Positions 15,214 to 23,554 of a DNA stretch of 25,289 nt are shown one piece after another. The stretch's first letter is position 1; the number at the start of each line of letters is the position of its first letter. The stretch covers positions 1-25,289 of the forward strand of contig DATHZW010000293.1 of NCBI GenBank assembly GCA_035458405.1. Reading direction: 5' to 3'. Origin of the DNA: Steroidobacteraceae bacterium (GTDB lineage Bacteria > Pseudomonadota > Gammaproteobacteria > Steroidobacterales > Steroidobacteraceae). The position numbers and the translations under genes are program-made. The notes under the pieces are model-generated. The model searched no databases and was not told the DNA's origin. It saw only the letters and a list, made by a program, of their open reading frames with translations.

Positions 15214-16746
15214 ATGGCAGCCAAGAAGCGGACCATCAGGACCATCCCCCAGGAACGCACGCCCATGCGCGAGCAGGATCCCGCGGAACGCGCCAGGAAC
15301 TTCCTGGAAGTGGCCTGCGGCTATTCGCTCGAGGACGCGCTGCGCGAATCCGAGCGCTGCCTCATGTGCGCGGACGAGCCCTGCGTGCGCGGCTGCCCGG
15401 TGAGCATCGACATCCCGGCCTTCATCAAGCAGATCGGCGAGAAGAATTTCCACGGCGCCTACGACGTCATCACCAACACCAACCTGCTGCCGGCCGTCTG
15501 CGGCCGCGTCTGCCCGCAGGAGAACCAGTGCGAGGGCGTCTGCACCGTGGCCGATTCGCTCGAACCGGTCGCCATCGGCCGGCTCGAGCGCTTCGTGGGC
15601 GACATGGCCATTGCCGAGGGCTGGAGCAACGTTCCCTACATCGAGCCGAGCGGCTTCAGGATAGGCATCGTCGGTTCCGGGCCCGCAGGCATGGCCTGCG
15701 CCGCGGACATGGCCAAGGCCGGCTGCGACGTGACCGTGTTCGAGGCCTTCCACGAGGCCGGCGGCGTGCTCAAGTACGGCATCCCGGACTTCCGCCTGCC
15801 CAACACCGTCGTGGACGCCGAACTCGGCAAGCTGATCGAGCTCGGCATCAAGTTCGAGTGCGACACCCTCGTCGGCCGGCTGTTCACCATCGAGGAGATG
15901 ATCGAGGAGATGGGCTTCCACGCCGTCTTCATCGGCACCGGCGCCGGCTACCCGAGCTTCATGGGCATTCCCGGCGAGTCGCTCAACGGCGTGCTCTCGG
16001 CCAACGAGCTGCTGACGCGCTGCAACCTGATGCACGGACGCGACCCGGAGCGCTACGACACGCCCCTGCCGCCGAGCAAGAACGTCGCGGTGATCGGCGC
16101 GGGCAACACCGCCATGGACGCGCTGCGCGTCAGCATGAGGCTCGGCGCGGAGAACGTGCATTGCATCTACCGCCGCAGCCGCGCCGAGGCGCCGGCGCGG
16201 GCCGAGGAGATCCACCACGCGGAAGAGGAAGGCGTCCAGTTCCACTGGCTGACCAACCCGCTGGAAATCCTCGACGACGGCAACAACAAGGTCCGCGGCC
16301 TGCGCTGCATCCGCATGGAGCTGGGGGAGCCCGACGAGTCCGGCCGGCGCCGCCCGGTCCCGGTCCCCGGCAGCGAGTTCGACTTCGAGGCGGACCTGGT
16401 CGTGTACGCCATCGGCACCAACGCCAACCCGATCATCGGCCAGACCTCGGGACTCGAGCTCAACAAGTGGGGCTATATCGCCACCGACGAGAACCTCGCG
16501 ACCTCGATCGCCGGCGTGTTCGCGGGCGGCGACATCGTCACCGGCGCGGCCACGGTCATCGAGGCGATGGGCGCAGGCCGCAAGGCGGCCCGCGGCATGA
16601 AGCAATGGCTCGGCCTGCGCGACACCGTCGAGGCCTTCGACGAAACCGGCAACCTGGACCGCGTCTTCGGCCTCGACGCACGCGAGCATGGCTTCGCCCT
16701 GGTGCGAGTCCCGCGTGACACAAGCTCTTCCAAGGCGGCTTCCTGA
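15214..16746 (+). CDS. nfnB: NfnB/SudA/GltD-like NADP(H)-binding flavoprotein with two [4Fe-4S] clusters (usually annotated gltA)
   Basis: RCLMCADEPCVRGCPV, CGRVCPQENQCEGVC, GSGPAG (FAD), YGIPDFRLP, GAGNTAMD plus YRRS (NADP type), GVFAGGDIVTG. No glutamate synthase large subunit in the window. Confidence 0.9.
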   Translation: MAAKKRTIRTIPQERTPMREQDPAERARNFLEVACGYSLEDALRESERCLMCADEPCVRGCPVSIDIPAFIKQIGEKNFHGAYDVITNTNLLPAVCGRVCPQENQCEGVCTVADSLEPVAIGRLERFVGDMAIAEGWSNVPYIEPSGFRIGIVGSGPAGMACAADMAKAGCDVTVFEAFHEAGGVLKYGIPDFRLPNTVVDAELGKLIELGIKFECDTLVGRLFTIEEMIEEMGFHAVFIGTGAGYPSFMGIPGESLNGVLSANELLTRCNLMHGRDPERYDTPLPPSKNVAVIGAGNTAMDALRVSMRLGAENVHCIYRRSRAEAPARAEEIHHAEEEGVQFHWLTNPLEILDDGNNKVRGLRCIRMELGEPDESGRRRPVPVPGSEFDFEADLVVYAIGTNANPIIGQTSGLELNKWGYIATDENLATSIAGVFAGGDIVTGAATVIEAMGAGRKAARGMKQWLGLRDTVEAFDETGNLDRVFGLDAREHGFALVRVPRDTSSSKAAS

Positions 16747-16779
16747 CAGGCCATGGCCCGAGGCAAGTAGCAGCACATC

Positions 16780-18702
16780 ATGAACGCCATCTCAGCAGCA
16801 GAAACCACCCCGAAGGCCGCCCGGCCGCGGTCCAGGGCGCCGAAGAAGGCCGTCAGGATCAGCGAGCACATCGTCGAGATCGTCAGCGACTCCGGCGAGG
16901 GCGCGCAGCGCTGCGGCCAGTCGCTGGGCTCGATCGCCGCCAGGATGGGCAACGGCGTCTGGACGGTCGAGATCATTCCCGCCGAGATCCAGCCGCCGGC
17001 ACGCAGCGTCGCCGGCGCCAGCGGCAACCGCATCCGGCTCGGCTCGAAGGCCATCAACAACGGCGGCGACCAGGCCGATCTGGTGATCGCCTTCAACGAA
17101 CAGGTCCTGCTCGGGCGCGTCCGCGGCGGCGAACTGAAGCGCGGCTGCGTCATCCTGCTCGAGAGCATGTGGAGCGAGCACCGCGACGCTGGCGTCCGCG
17201 CCGCGTATGCGGAGACCCTCGGGCACCTGCAGGAGGACGGGTTCCGCGTCATCGAGGTGCCGCTGGAACGCGAGTGCCTGAAGCTCGTGCCCGACGCCCG
17301 CAAGGGCAAGAACATGTTCGTGCTGGGCATGCTGTGCAGCATCTACAGCCTCGACGTGGAACTCGGGCGCGAGCAGGTGGCCTTCGCCCTGAAGAAGAAG
17401 GACCGCAAGGTCGTCGAGGCCAACCAGGGCCTGCTGGACGCCGGGTTCGCCTGGGCCGAGGAAAACCTCGACATCAAGTTCTCGATCCCGGCGGTCAAGG
17501 CCACCGAACCGCAGATCGTAGTCAACGGCAACACCGCACTCGCACTCGGCGTGCTGGCCTCGGGCATGGAAATCTGCGCCATGTACCCGATCACGCCGGC
17601 CACCTCGGTGTCGCATTACCTGAGCGACGTGTTCGAGCGCGTCGGCGGGCTGGTACACCAGGCCGAGGACGAGATTGCTGCCGCCGCGTTCACGATCGGC
17701 GCGTCCTACGCCGGCAAGTGCGCGCTGACCGTGACCTCCGGCCCCGGCTACTCGCTCAAGCAGGAGGCCATCGGGCTGGCCGTGATGGCCGAGATTCCGA
17801 TGGTCATCATCAACGTGCAGCGCGGCGGCCCCAGCACCGGGCAGCCGACCAAGGTGGAGCAAGGGGACCTGCTGACGGTCATGTACGGCAGCCACGGCGA
17901 CGCGCCCAAGGTGGTGCTGGCGCCGTCGAGCATCGAGGAGTGCTTCTACTCGGTGATTACGGCGCGAAAGATCGCCGAGACATTCAACATGGTCGTGGTG
18001 ATCCTCACGGATTCCAGCCTGGCCGCGTCGCAGACGCCGCTGCCGCGGCCGAAGTTCAACGAGGAGTGGCTGGCGCCGCCGATCGACCAGAGCCCCGTGC
18101 CAGCCGGCGCCAAGCCCTACGACTGGGATGAGTTCACCGGGCTGTTCAGGCGCTTCGCGCCCGGCCAGCCGGGCGGCATGCACACCATCACCGGCCTGGC
18201 GCACGACCGCTCCAGCCGCGTCGCCTACGACCCGTCCTCCAACGAGGAGGGCCTGCGGCATCGCAGCCTGAAGCTCGCGGCATTGCAGAAGACCCTGACC
18301 ACACCCTCGGTCTTCGGCGAGGACGAGGGCGACCTGCTGCTGATCGGCTGGGGCAGTACGCGCGGCGCGATCGAGGAGTCCGTGACCCGGTTGCGCGCGG
18401 AAGGCCACCGCGTCTCGTCGTTGCACCTGACCTTCCTGCAGCCGATGCCCTCCGGTATCGGCGAGATCATCAAGCGCGACAAGCGCGTCATGACCATCGA
18501 GAACAACTGGTCGGACCGCCTGCAGGACGACATCATCGACCATGAAAACCGGCGCTACTCGGCCCTCGCCTGGTTGCTGCGGGCGCGCTACCTGGTCGAC
18601 ATCGACTGCTGGAGCGAGTCGCGCGGCCAACCGATCAAGCCCAGCGACATCTGCAACGAGGTCCGCTCGAGGCTCGAGCGCACCGGGAGTAACAAGGCAT
18701 GA
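16780..18702 (+). CDS. korA: 2-oxoacid:ferredoxin oxidoreductase alpha subunit (gamma-alpha fusion, KorA-like)
   Basis: N-terminal gamma domain (DSGEGAQRCG, NMFVLG), YPITP, QAEDEIAA, TSGPGYSLKQE, QRGGPSTGQPTK, GWGSTRGAI. Substrate specificity cannot be fixed from sequence alone. Confidence 0.92.
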   Translation: MNAISAAETTPKAARPRSRAPKKAVRISEHIVEIVSDSGEGAQRCGQSLGSIAARMGNGVWTVEIIPAEIQPPARSVAGASGNRIRLGSKAINNGGDQADLVIAFNEQVLLGRVRGGELKRGCVILLESMWSEHRDAGVRAAYAETLGHLQEDGFRVIEVPLERECLKLVPDARKGKNMFVLGMLCSIYSLDVELGREQVAFALKKKDRKVVEANQGLLDAGFAWAEENLDIKFSIPAVKATEPQIVVNGNTALALGVLASGMEICAMYPITPATSVSHYLSDVFERVGGLVHQAEDEIAAAAFTIGASYAGKCALTVTSGPGYSLKQEAIGLAVMAEIPMVIINVQRGGPSTGQPTKVEQGDLLTVMYGSHGDAPKVVLAPSSIEECFYSVITARKIAETFNMVVVILTDSSLAASQTPLPRPKFNEEWLAPPIDQSPVPAGAKPYDWDEFTGLFRRFAPGQPGGMHTITGLAHDRSSRVAYDPSSNEEGLRHRSLKLAALQKTLTTPSVFGEDEGDLLLIGWGSTRGAIEESVTRLRAEGHRVSSLHLTFLQPMPSGIGEIIKRDKRVMTIENNWSDRLQDDIIDHENRRYSALAWLLRARYLVDIDCWSESRGQPIKPSDICNEVRSRLERTGSNKA

Positions 18703-19679
18703 CCAGCAACGCGACTCACTGCCTCGAGCGCATGTACGAGGACCGTCACGCCCTGGAGGACTACCAGGCCGGCGTGCCGCGCTGGTGCACCGGCTGCGGC
18801 GACAACGCCATCCTGACCGCCGTCCAGAGGCTGTGCCGGGATGAAGACCTGCGGCCGGAGAAGACCGTGTTCGTGTCGGGCATCGGCTGTTCCAGCCGCT
18901 TCCCGCACTACATGAAGACCTATGGCTTCCACGGCATTCACGGCCGCGCCCTGCCCATTGCGCAGGGCATCAAGATGGCTCGCCCCGACCTGAACGTGTT
19001 AATCAATACCGGCGACGGCGACTGCTGCAGCATCGGCGCCGGCCACTGGATCCACGCGATCCGCTACAACATGAACATGACGCTGCTGCTGCACGACAAC
19101 AACATCTACGGGCTGACCAAGAAGCAGGCGTCTCCGACGTCGCCGCTCGGCACCAGGAGCAACACCACGCCGCGTGGCGCCTACCTCGACGCGCTCAACC
19201 CGCTGACCGTGACGCTGGGCGTGCAGAACGCATCCTTCGTGGCGCAGGCGGTGGACTGGATCCCGGACCTGATGTACGACATCGTCTCGGCGGCCTTCCA
19301 CCACAAGGGCTTCTCCTTCGTGCGCATCCTGCAGCGCTGCCCGGTATTCATGCCGAAGGTCTTCGACACCTGGCTCAACGACACCCAGAAGTCGCTGATC
19401 CTGACCCACGACGACGGAATCCGGCCAGGCGCGGCGATCAGCAAGATCTACCGCAACCAGCTCGAACACGACCCTTCCGACATCGATCGGGCGCGGGAGA
19501 TCGCCTCCTGCCACGACCCGGTCCCGGTCGGAATCCTCTATCGCAACCCCGCGGTCCCCTGCTACGAGGAAATCCGCGGGGCTGGCGCCCAGCGCGCCCC
19601 CGAGATGGTCCGCAACGGCCTCGAGGCGGAGTTCGACAAGTTCACGGTCTGGCCGGAGGGCCAGCAGCCCGCGGCCTGA
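18699..19679 (+). CDS. korB: 2-oxoacid:ferredoxin oxidoreductase beta subunit (TPP-binding, KorB-like)
   Basis: WCTGCGD, SGIGCSSR, HGRALP.A.G, GDGD (TPP/Mg), NNIYGLTKKQASPT, QRCP. ATGA overlap with the alpha subunit. Confidence 0.94.
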   Translation: MTSNATHCLERMYEDRHALEDYQAGVPRWCTGCGDNAILTAVQRLCRDEDLRPEKTVFVSGIGCSSRFPHYMKTYGFHGIHGRALPIAQGIKMARPDLNVLINTGDGDCCSIGAGHWIHAIRYNMNMTLLLHDNNIYGLTKKQASPTSPLGTRSNTTPRGAYLDALNPLTVTLGVQNASFVAQAVDWIPDLMYDIVSAAFHHKGFSFVRILQRCPVFMPKVFDTWLNDTQKSLILTHDDGIRPGAAISKIYRNQLEHDPSDIDRAREIASCHDPVPVGILYRNPAVPCYEEIRGAGAQRAPEMVRNGLEAEFDKFTVWPEGQQPAA

Positions 19680-19727
19680 CGCGGGCCCGGGGAACGACCA
19701 CAAACAGACAGACGCCAGATCCAAACA

Positions 19728-21941
19728 ATGAACGCGAACGCGCAACTGCAGACCGTGTTTCACCTCACCGGCCGGCCGCCTGCCGCGCCGCTACAGGCGA
19801 TCAGCAAGCTCGGGCTGCGCCCGGCGATGCTGGCCCGCTACCGCGACCTGTCGCGCCTGCGTTACGACTTCCCGCTGGTGCTGATCCAGCCGGCGGCCGG
19901 CGGGCGCCTGGCGCGCTCGCTCAGCGACGTCGTCAACGAATTCGTGCGCAACAAGGTGCCTGCCGGGACGCCCGGCGAGGCCATGCGCCGGCAGCTGCTG
20001 CACGTGGAGCATGAAATTCGCCGCGCGGTCAGCAGCGGCGCCACCGGCCGGCTGTCGGACTTGTGGGGAATGGCGGTGGAGCGGGTCACGGCGAGCGCGG
20101 ACGCGCAGCTGGCGGACGCCCTGCGCAACGCCGGCCGCGCGCTGCCGGCGGACGGGGAAGTCATCGACTGCGACGAGGCGATGGCGGGAAAGCTCCTCGC
20201 GCACGCCTGGCGCGTCGTCCAGGGCGAGAAGCTGGGCCAGGTCCGCAAGGACATCAACGGCCTGACCGTCAGGTTGACCGACATCCTGCGGGCGGAATTC
20301 GTCCGCTCGGAGGCGGGGCGCACGCCGGAAAGCCTCAGGGTATCGGTCGGAACCGAGCAGCAGGGCCTCTTCGACTTCAACATGATGGCCCGGATGCTCG
20401 CGCTCGGGTCGCCGGCCAGCTGCCTGTCGAGTGCGCGCCGCAAGCGCATCGAGTGGGCCCTCGGCGTGCTGCGCTCGCAGCAATTCTTCCCCGCAGTGCC
20501 TGCCGTGGAGGACGACAACACCTACGAATTTTCCTTCGGCTCCTGCCGCGAGGTGCAGCAGGCGTTCCGCGAGCGCCTGCCGCGCATGGCCGAGCTGGTC
20601 AAGGCCATGTCGATCGCCGAGCTCGAGGGCGACGGCCGCTACGACGAGTCGCGTCATGACGCCTTCTTCGACGGCTTCGACGCCAACTCGCTGTCGCCGA
20701 AGGACATGGAGATCTGCCCCGCCTATTTCGTCCGCCTGCGCGGCCGGCCGGCCGGCGCCGCGACCGAAGGCAACCTGCTGGAACTGCTCTCGTCGGGCAT
20801 ACCGGTCAAGGTGCTGGTGGAGGCGGACGATCTCCTCGAGGAGTCCTCCCTCGGCCAGGCGCAGTTCGCTTGCGGCGTCCGCAGCGTGCAGCTTGCCAGC
20901 CTGGCGGTCGGGCTGAGCGACACCTTCGTGCTGCAGTCCACGAGCTCCAACCTGCCGGCGCTGCATGACCGGCTGCGAAGGGGCCTGGGCGTGGCCGGTC
21001 CTGCGCTGTTTTCCGTGTACACGCCCTCCGCGGCCCACCTGGGCCACCTTCCGCACTACCTCGTGGGCGCCGCCGCGATGCAGTCGCGCGCCTTTCCCGC
21101 GTTTACCTATGACCCGTCGGCGGGCGCCGACCTGGCGTCCCGGTTCTCGCTGGAAAACAACCCGCAACCCGACCGCGACTGGCCGGCCATGCGGTTCGAT
21201 TACGCGGACGAGAAGCTCCAGCGCATCACCGAGGACCTGGCGTTCACGCTGGCCGACTTCGTCGCCGTCGATCCCCGCTATGCGCGCCACTTCGCGCGCG
21301 TGCCGCATTCGGCCTGGGACGATCACATGGTGCCCATCGCCGAGTGGCTCGCCGGTCCCGCAGGTTCGAACAACAGCCGGGTCCCCTACCTGCTGGCGGT
21401 CGACGCCGGTGACGGGCTGCAGCGGCTGATCGTGGACGACCGGCTGGCCCGGGCCGCCCGCCGCTGCCTGGACGAATGGCACCGGCTGCAGGAGCTGGGC
21501 GGCATCAACAACTCGCATGCCGAGCGCCTGCTCGCCCGCGAGCGGGCCGCCTGGGAGGAGCAGAAACGCGAGGAGATCGAGGCCCTCGCGGGCGCAGCCG
21601 CGGCGGCTGCGGCGCCCGCCGCCGAGGCGGTTCCCGCGGCCGCGGCCCCGGCAGAGGTTCCGGAGGCCGCCGAGGCCGAGCCCGAGCGCTCGCCGGACGA
21701 GGCCTACATCGAGACCATCCGTTGTTCGACCTGCAACGAGTGCACGCAGATCAACGACAAGATGTTCGCCTACAACGACAACAAGCAGGCCTACATCAAG
21801 GACATCAAGGCGGGCACCTACCGGCAGATGATCGAGGCGGCCGAGAGCTGCCAGCTCGGCATCATCCATCCCGGCAAGCCGATCGACCCGAAGGAGCCGG
21901 GCCTCGAGGAACTGCTGGAGCGCGCCAAGCCGTTCATGTAG
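19728..21941 (+). CDS. 737-aa protein: unknown N-terminal region + degenerate PFOR TPP-domain-like region + Ala/Pro/Glu linker + C-terminal monocluster ferredoxin
   Basis: C-terminal C666-x2-C669-x2-C672...C708 (CSTCNEC...AESC). The central segment aligns by eye with the PFOR C-terminal domain (LLELLSSGIPVKVLV; GPALFSVYTPS; FPAFTYDP). Codon usage looks native. Confidence 0.82.
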   Translation: MNANAQLQTVFHLTGRPPAAPLQAISKLGLRPAMLARYRDLSRLRYDFPLVLIQPAAGGRLARSLSDVVNEFVRNKVPAGTPGEAMRRQLLHVEHEIRRAVSSGATGRLSDLWGMAVERVTASADAQLADALRNAGRALPADGEVIDCDEAMAGKLLAHAWRVVQGEKLGQVRKDINGLTVRLTDILRAEFVRSEAGRTPESLRVSVGTEQQGLFDFNMMARMLALGSPASCLSSARRKRIEWALGVLRSQQFFPAVPAVEDDNTYEFSFGSCREVQQAFRERLPRMAELVKAMSIAELEGDGRYDESRHDAFFDGFDANSLSPKDMEICPAYFVRLRGRPAGAATEGNLLELLSSGIPVKVLVEADDLLEESSLGQAQFACGVRSVQLASLAVGLSDTFVLQSTSSNLPALHDRLRRGLGVAGPALFSVYTPSAAHLGHLPHYLVGAAAMQSRAFPAFTYDPSAGADLASRFSLENNPQPDRDWPAMRFDYADEKLQRITEDLAFTLADFVAVDPRYARHFARVPHSAWDDHMVPIAEWLAGPAGSNNSRVPYLLAVDAGDGLQRLIVDDRLARAARRCLDEWHRLQELGGINNSHAERLLARERAAWEEQKREEIEALAGAAAAAAAPAAEAVPAAAAPAEVPEAAEAEPERSPDEAYIETIRCSTCNECTQINDKMFAYNDNKQAYIKDIKAGTYRQMIEAAESCQLGIIHPGKPIDPKEPGLEELLERAKPFM

Positions 21942-21947
21942 GTCGTG

Positions 21948-21975
21948 GCGGTGCCAGGCACGTGCTTGACACCTC
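21948..21975. repeat. 28-bp REP-like imperfect palindrome, copy 1
   Basis: GCGGTGCCAGGCA-CG-TGCTTGACACCTC. Matches copy 2 at 23 of 28 positions (hand count). Begins 6 nt after the upstream stop codon. Confidence 0.75.
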
Positions 21976-22019
21976 CCGCTTGTTTAGACTCCCGGTACCA
22001 CGCAGAACGGGAGCCGACC

Positions 22020-23174
22020 ATGACGAGCAATCCTGCCGCCTCGCCGCGGACTCGCCCATCTCTCTTCGCGGCCGCCGCACTGCTGCTGGCCGCCACGCTG
22101 GCATTGCCGGCGAACTCAGCCGACTGGGTGACCGACGCCGAGACCGCGGCCATCATCCAGCGTCTCGGGCTCATCGAGTCGCCGGCGCCGGTTCGCGAGC
22201 GCGCCGGATGGCGGAAGCCAGAGCGAATCCTGGTCGTGCAATACGATCCCGCGCGGATCGAATGGCTGCAGCAGGCCGTGCCGGACGTGAAACTCGTCGC
22301 CGTCGACAGCGTCGCGGCAGCCGTGGCGGCCGCCCCGGAAGCCGACGCAATCATCGGCATCTGCAACCAGGACGTCTTTGCGGCCGGTCCCCGCATTGCA
22401 TGGGTCCAGATCCTGTCGGCCGGCGCCGAGCGCTGCGTATCCGTGCCGGCCATCGGCGAACGCGACATCCTGCTGACCAACATGCAGCGCATCTCCGGCC
22501 CGGTGATGTCCGAGCACGTGCTGGCCATGATGCTGGCGCTGGGCCGCGGCCTTCCGGCATACCTCGACGCGCAGCGCGATGGCCGCTGGGACCGGGAACT
22601 CGTGCCTGACGGCCGCATGTGGGCCATGGAGGGCAAGACGGTGCTGGTCGTCGGCCTCGGCGGCATCGGCGTCGAGGTGGCAAGGCGCGCCCACGCCCTG
22701 GGCATGAAGGTCACGGCGATCCGCGCCAGCGGGCGGACGGGACCCGGGTTTGTGTCGAAGGTCGGGCTGCCCGCGGAAATGCCGCAGTTCGCCGCGACCG
22801 CCGATTTCGTCGTGAATACCACCCCGCTGACCGACGCCACGCGCGGCATGTTCGACGCGGATTTCTTCGACTCGATGCATCGCGGCGCTTACTTCATCAA
22901 CGTCGGACGCGGCCAGAGCGTCGTCACCGACGCCCTGGTCGCGGCGCTGCGCTCGGGGCAGGTCGGAGGCGCCGGGCTCGATGTCACGGACCCCGAACCG
23001 CTGCCATCCGATCATCCCCTGTGGCGGCTGCCCAACGTGATCGTCACGCCGCACGTCTCCGGGCAGTCCGACCTGGGCAACGAGGACCACTGGCGAATCA
23101 CGCGCGAGAACCTGGGCCGCTACGTGGCCGGCGGCAGGATGCTGTCGGTCGTGGATCCGGCCAGGGGCTACTGA
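22020..23174 (+). CDS. D-2-hydroxyacid dehydrogenase family protein with apparent N-terminal signal peptide
   Basis: Rossmann motif VGLGGIG, catalytic Arg (INVGRG), Glu (DVTDPEP) and His (TPHVSG). N-terminus MTSNPAASPRTRPSLFAAAALLLAATLALPANS/A. GGGAG SD before 22020. Confidence 0.92.
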   Translation: MTSNPAASPRTRPSLFAAAALLLAATLALPANSADWVTDAETAAIIQRLGLIESPAPVRERAGWRKPERILVVQYDPARIEWLQQAVPDVKLVAVDSVAAAVAAAPEADAIIGICNQDVFAAGPRIAWVQILSAGAERCVSVPAIGERDILLTNMQRISGPVMSEHVLAMMLALGRGLPAYLDAQRDGRWDRELVPDGRMWAMEGKTVLVVGLGGIGVEVARRAHALGMKVTAIRASGRTGPGFVSKVGLPAEMPQFAATADFVVNTTPLTDATRGMFDADFFDSMHRGAYFINVGRGQSVVTDALVAALRSGQVGGAGLDVTDPEPLPSDHPLWRLPNVIVTPHVSGQSDLGNEDHWRITRENLGRYVAGGRMLSVVDPARGY

Positions 23175-23180
23175 CCGGCG

Positions 23181-23208
23181 GAGGCGCCAGGCAGGTGCCT
23201 GGCACCTC
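23181..23208. repeat. 28-bp REP-like palindrome, copy 2
   Basis: GAGGCGCCAGGCA-GG-TGCCTGGCACCTC: 13-bp arms with one mismatch. Begins 6 nt after the dehydrogenase stop codon. Confidence 0.75.
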
Positions 23209-23231
23209 TCAACGCAACAAGGAGGCAACAC

Positions 23232-23546
23232 ATGCTCGTCACCACTACCGCGACGCTGCAGGATCGCAAGATCGGCCAGTATCTCGGCCTCGTCACCGGG
23301 GAATCCATCCTGGGCGCCAACATCTTCCGGGACGTGTTCGCAGGCATCCGCGACATCGTCGGCGGACGGGCCGGCTCCTACGAGAAGGTGCTGCGCGACG
23401 CGCGCAACATGGCCGTGGAGGAAATGGTCGAGCAGGCCCGCAAGCTGGGCGCGAATGCCGTCATCGGCGTCGACGTCGATTACGAGACCGTCGGCGGGAC
23501 CATGCTGATGGTCAGCGTCAGCGGCACGGCCGTGCAGGCGGACTGA
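23232..23546 (+). CDS. ybjQ: YbjQ/UPF0145 family (putative heavy-metal-binding) protein
   Basis: [41 protein letters not shown]...[13 protein letters not shown]...[20 protein letters not shown]. Confidence 0.94.
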   Translation: MLVTTTATLQDRKIGQYLGLVTGESILGANIFRDVFAGIRDIVGGRAGSYEKVLRDARNMAVEEMVEQARKLGANAVIGVDVDYETVGGTMLMVSVSGTAVQAD

Positions 23547-23554
23547 CGCTCTCG

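Noticed and set aside
15214-16746. Annotation as glutamate synthase (gltA/gltD)
   Set aside because: There is no large GltB subunit, and it is paired with an NfnA-like gene, which favours NfnB/SudA function.
13954-21869. Very long antisense ORFs (e.g. 13954-16776, 16792-18630, 19791-21869; also 8184-10436 elsewhere)
   Set aside because: Shadow frames of GC-rich real genes on the opposite strand, with no recognisable domains.
21966-21990. Perfect TTGACA followed by TAGACT as a sigma70 promoter for the dehydrogenase
   Set aside because: The spacer is only 13 nt, and the TTGACA is a variant arm of the 28-bp palindromic repeat.
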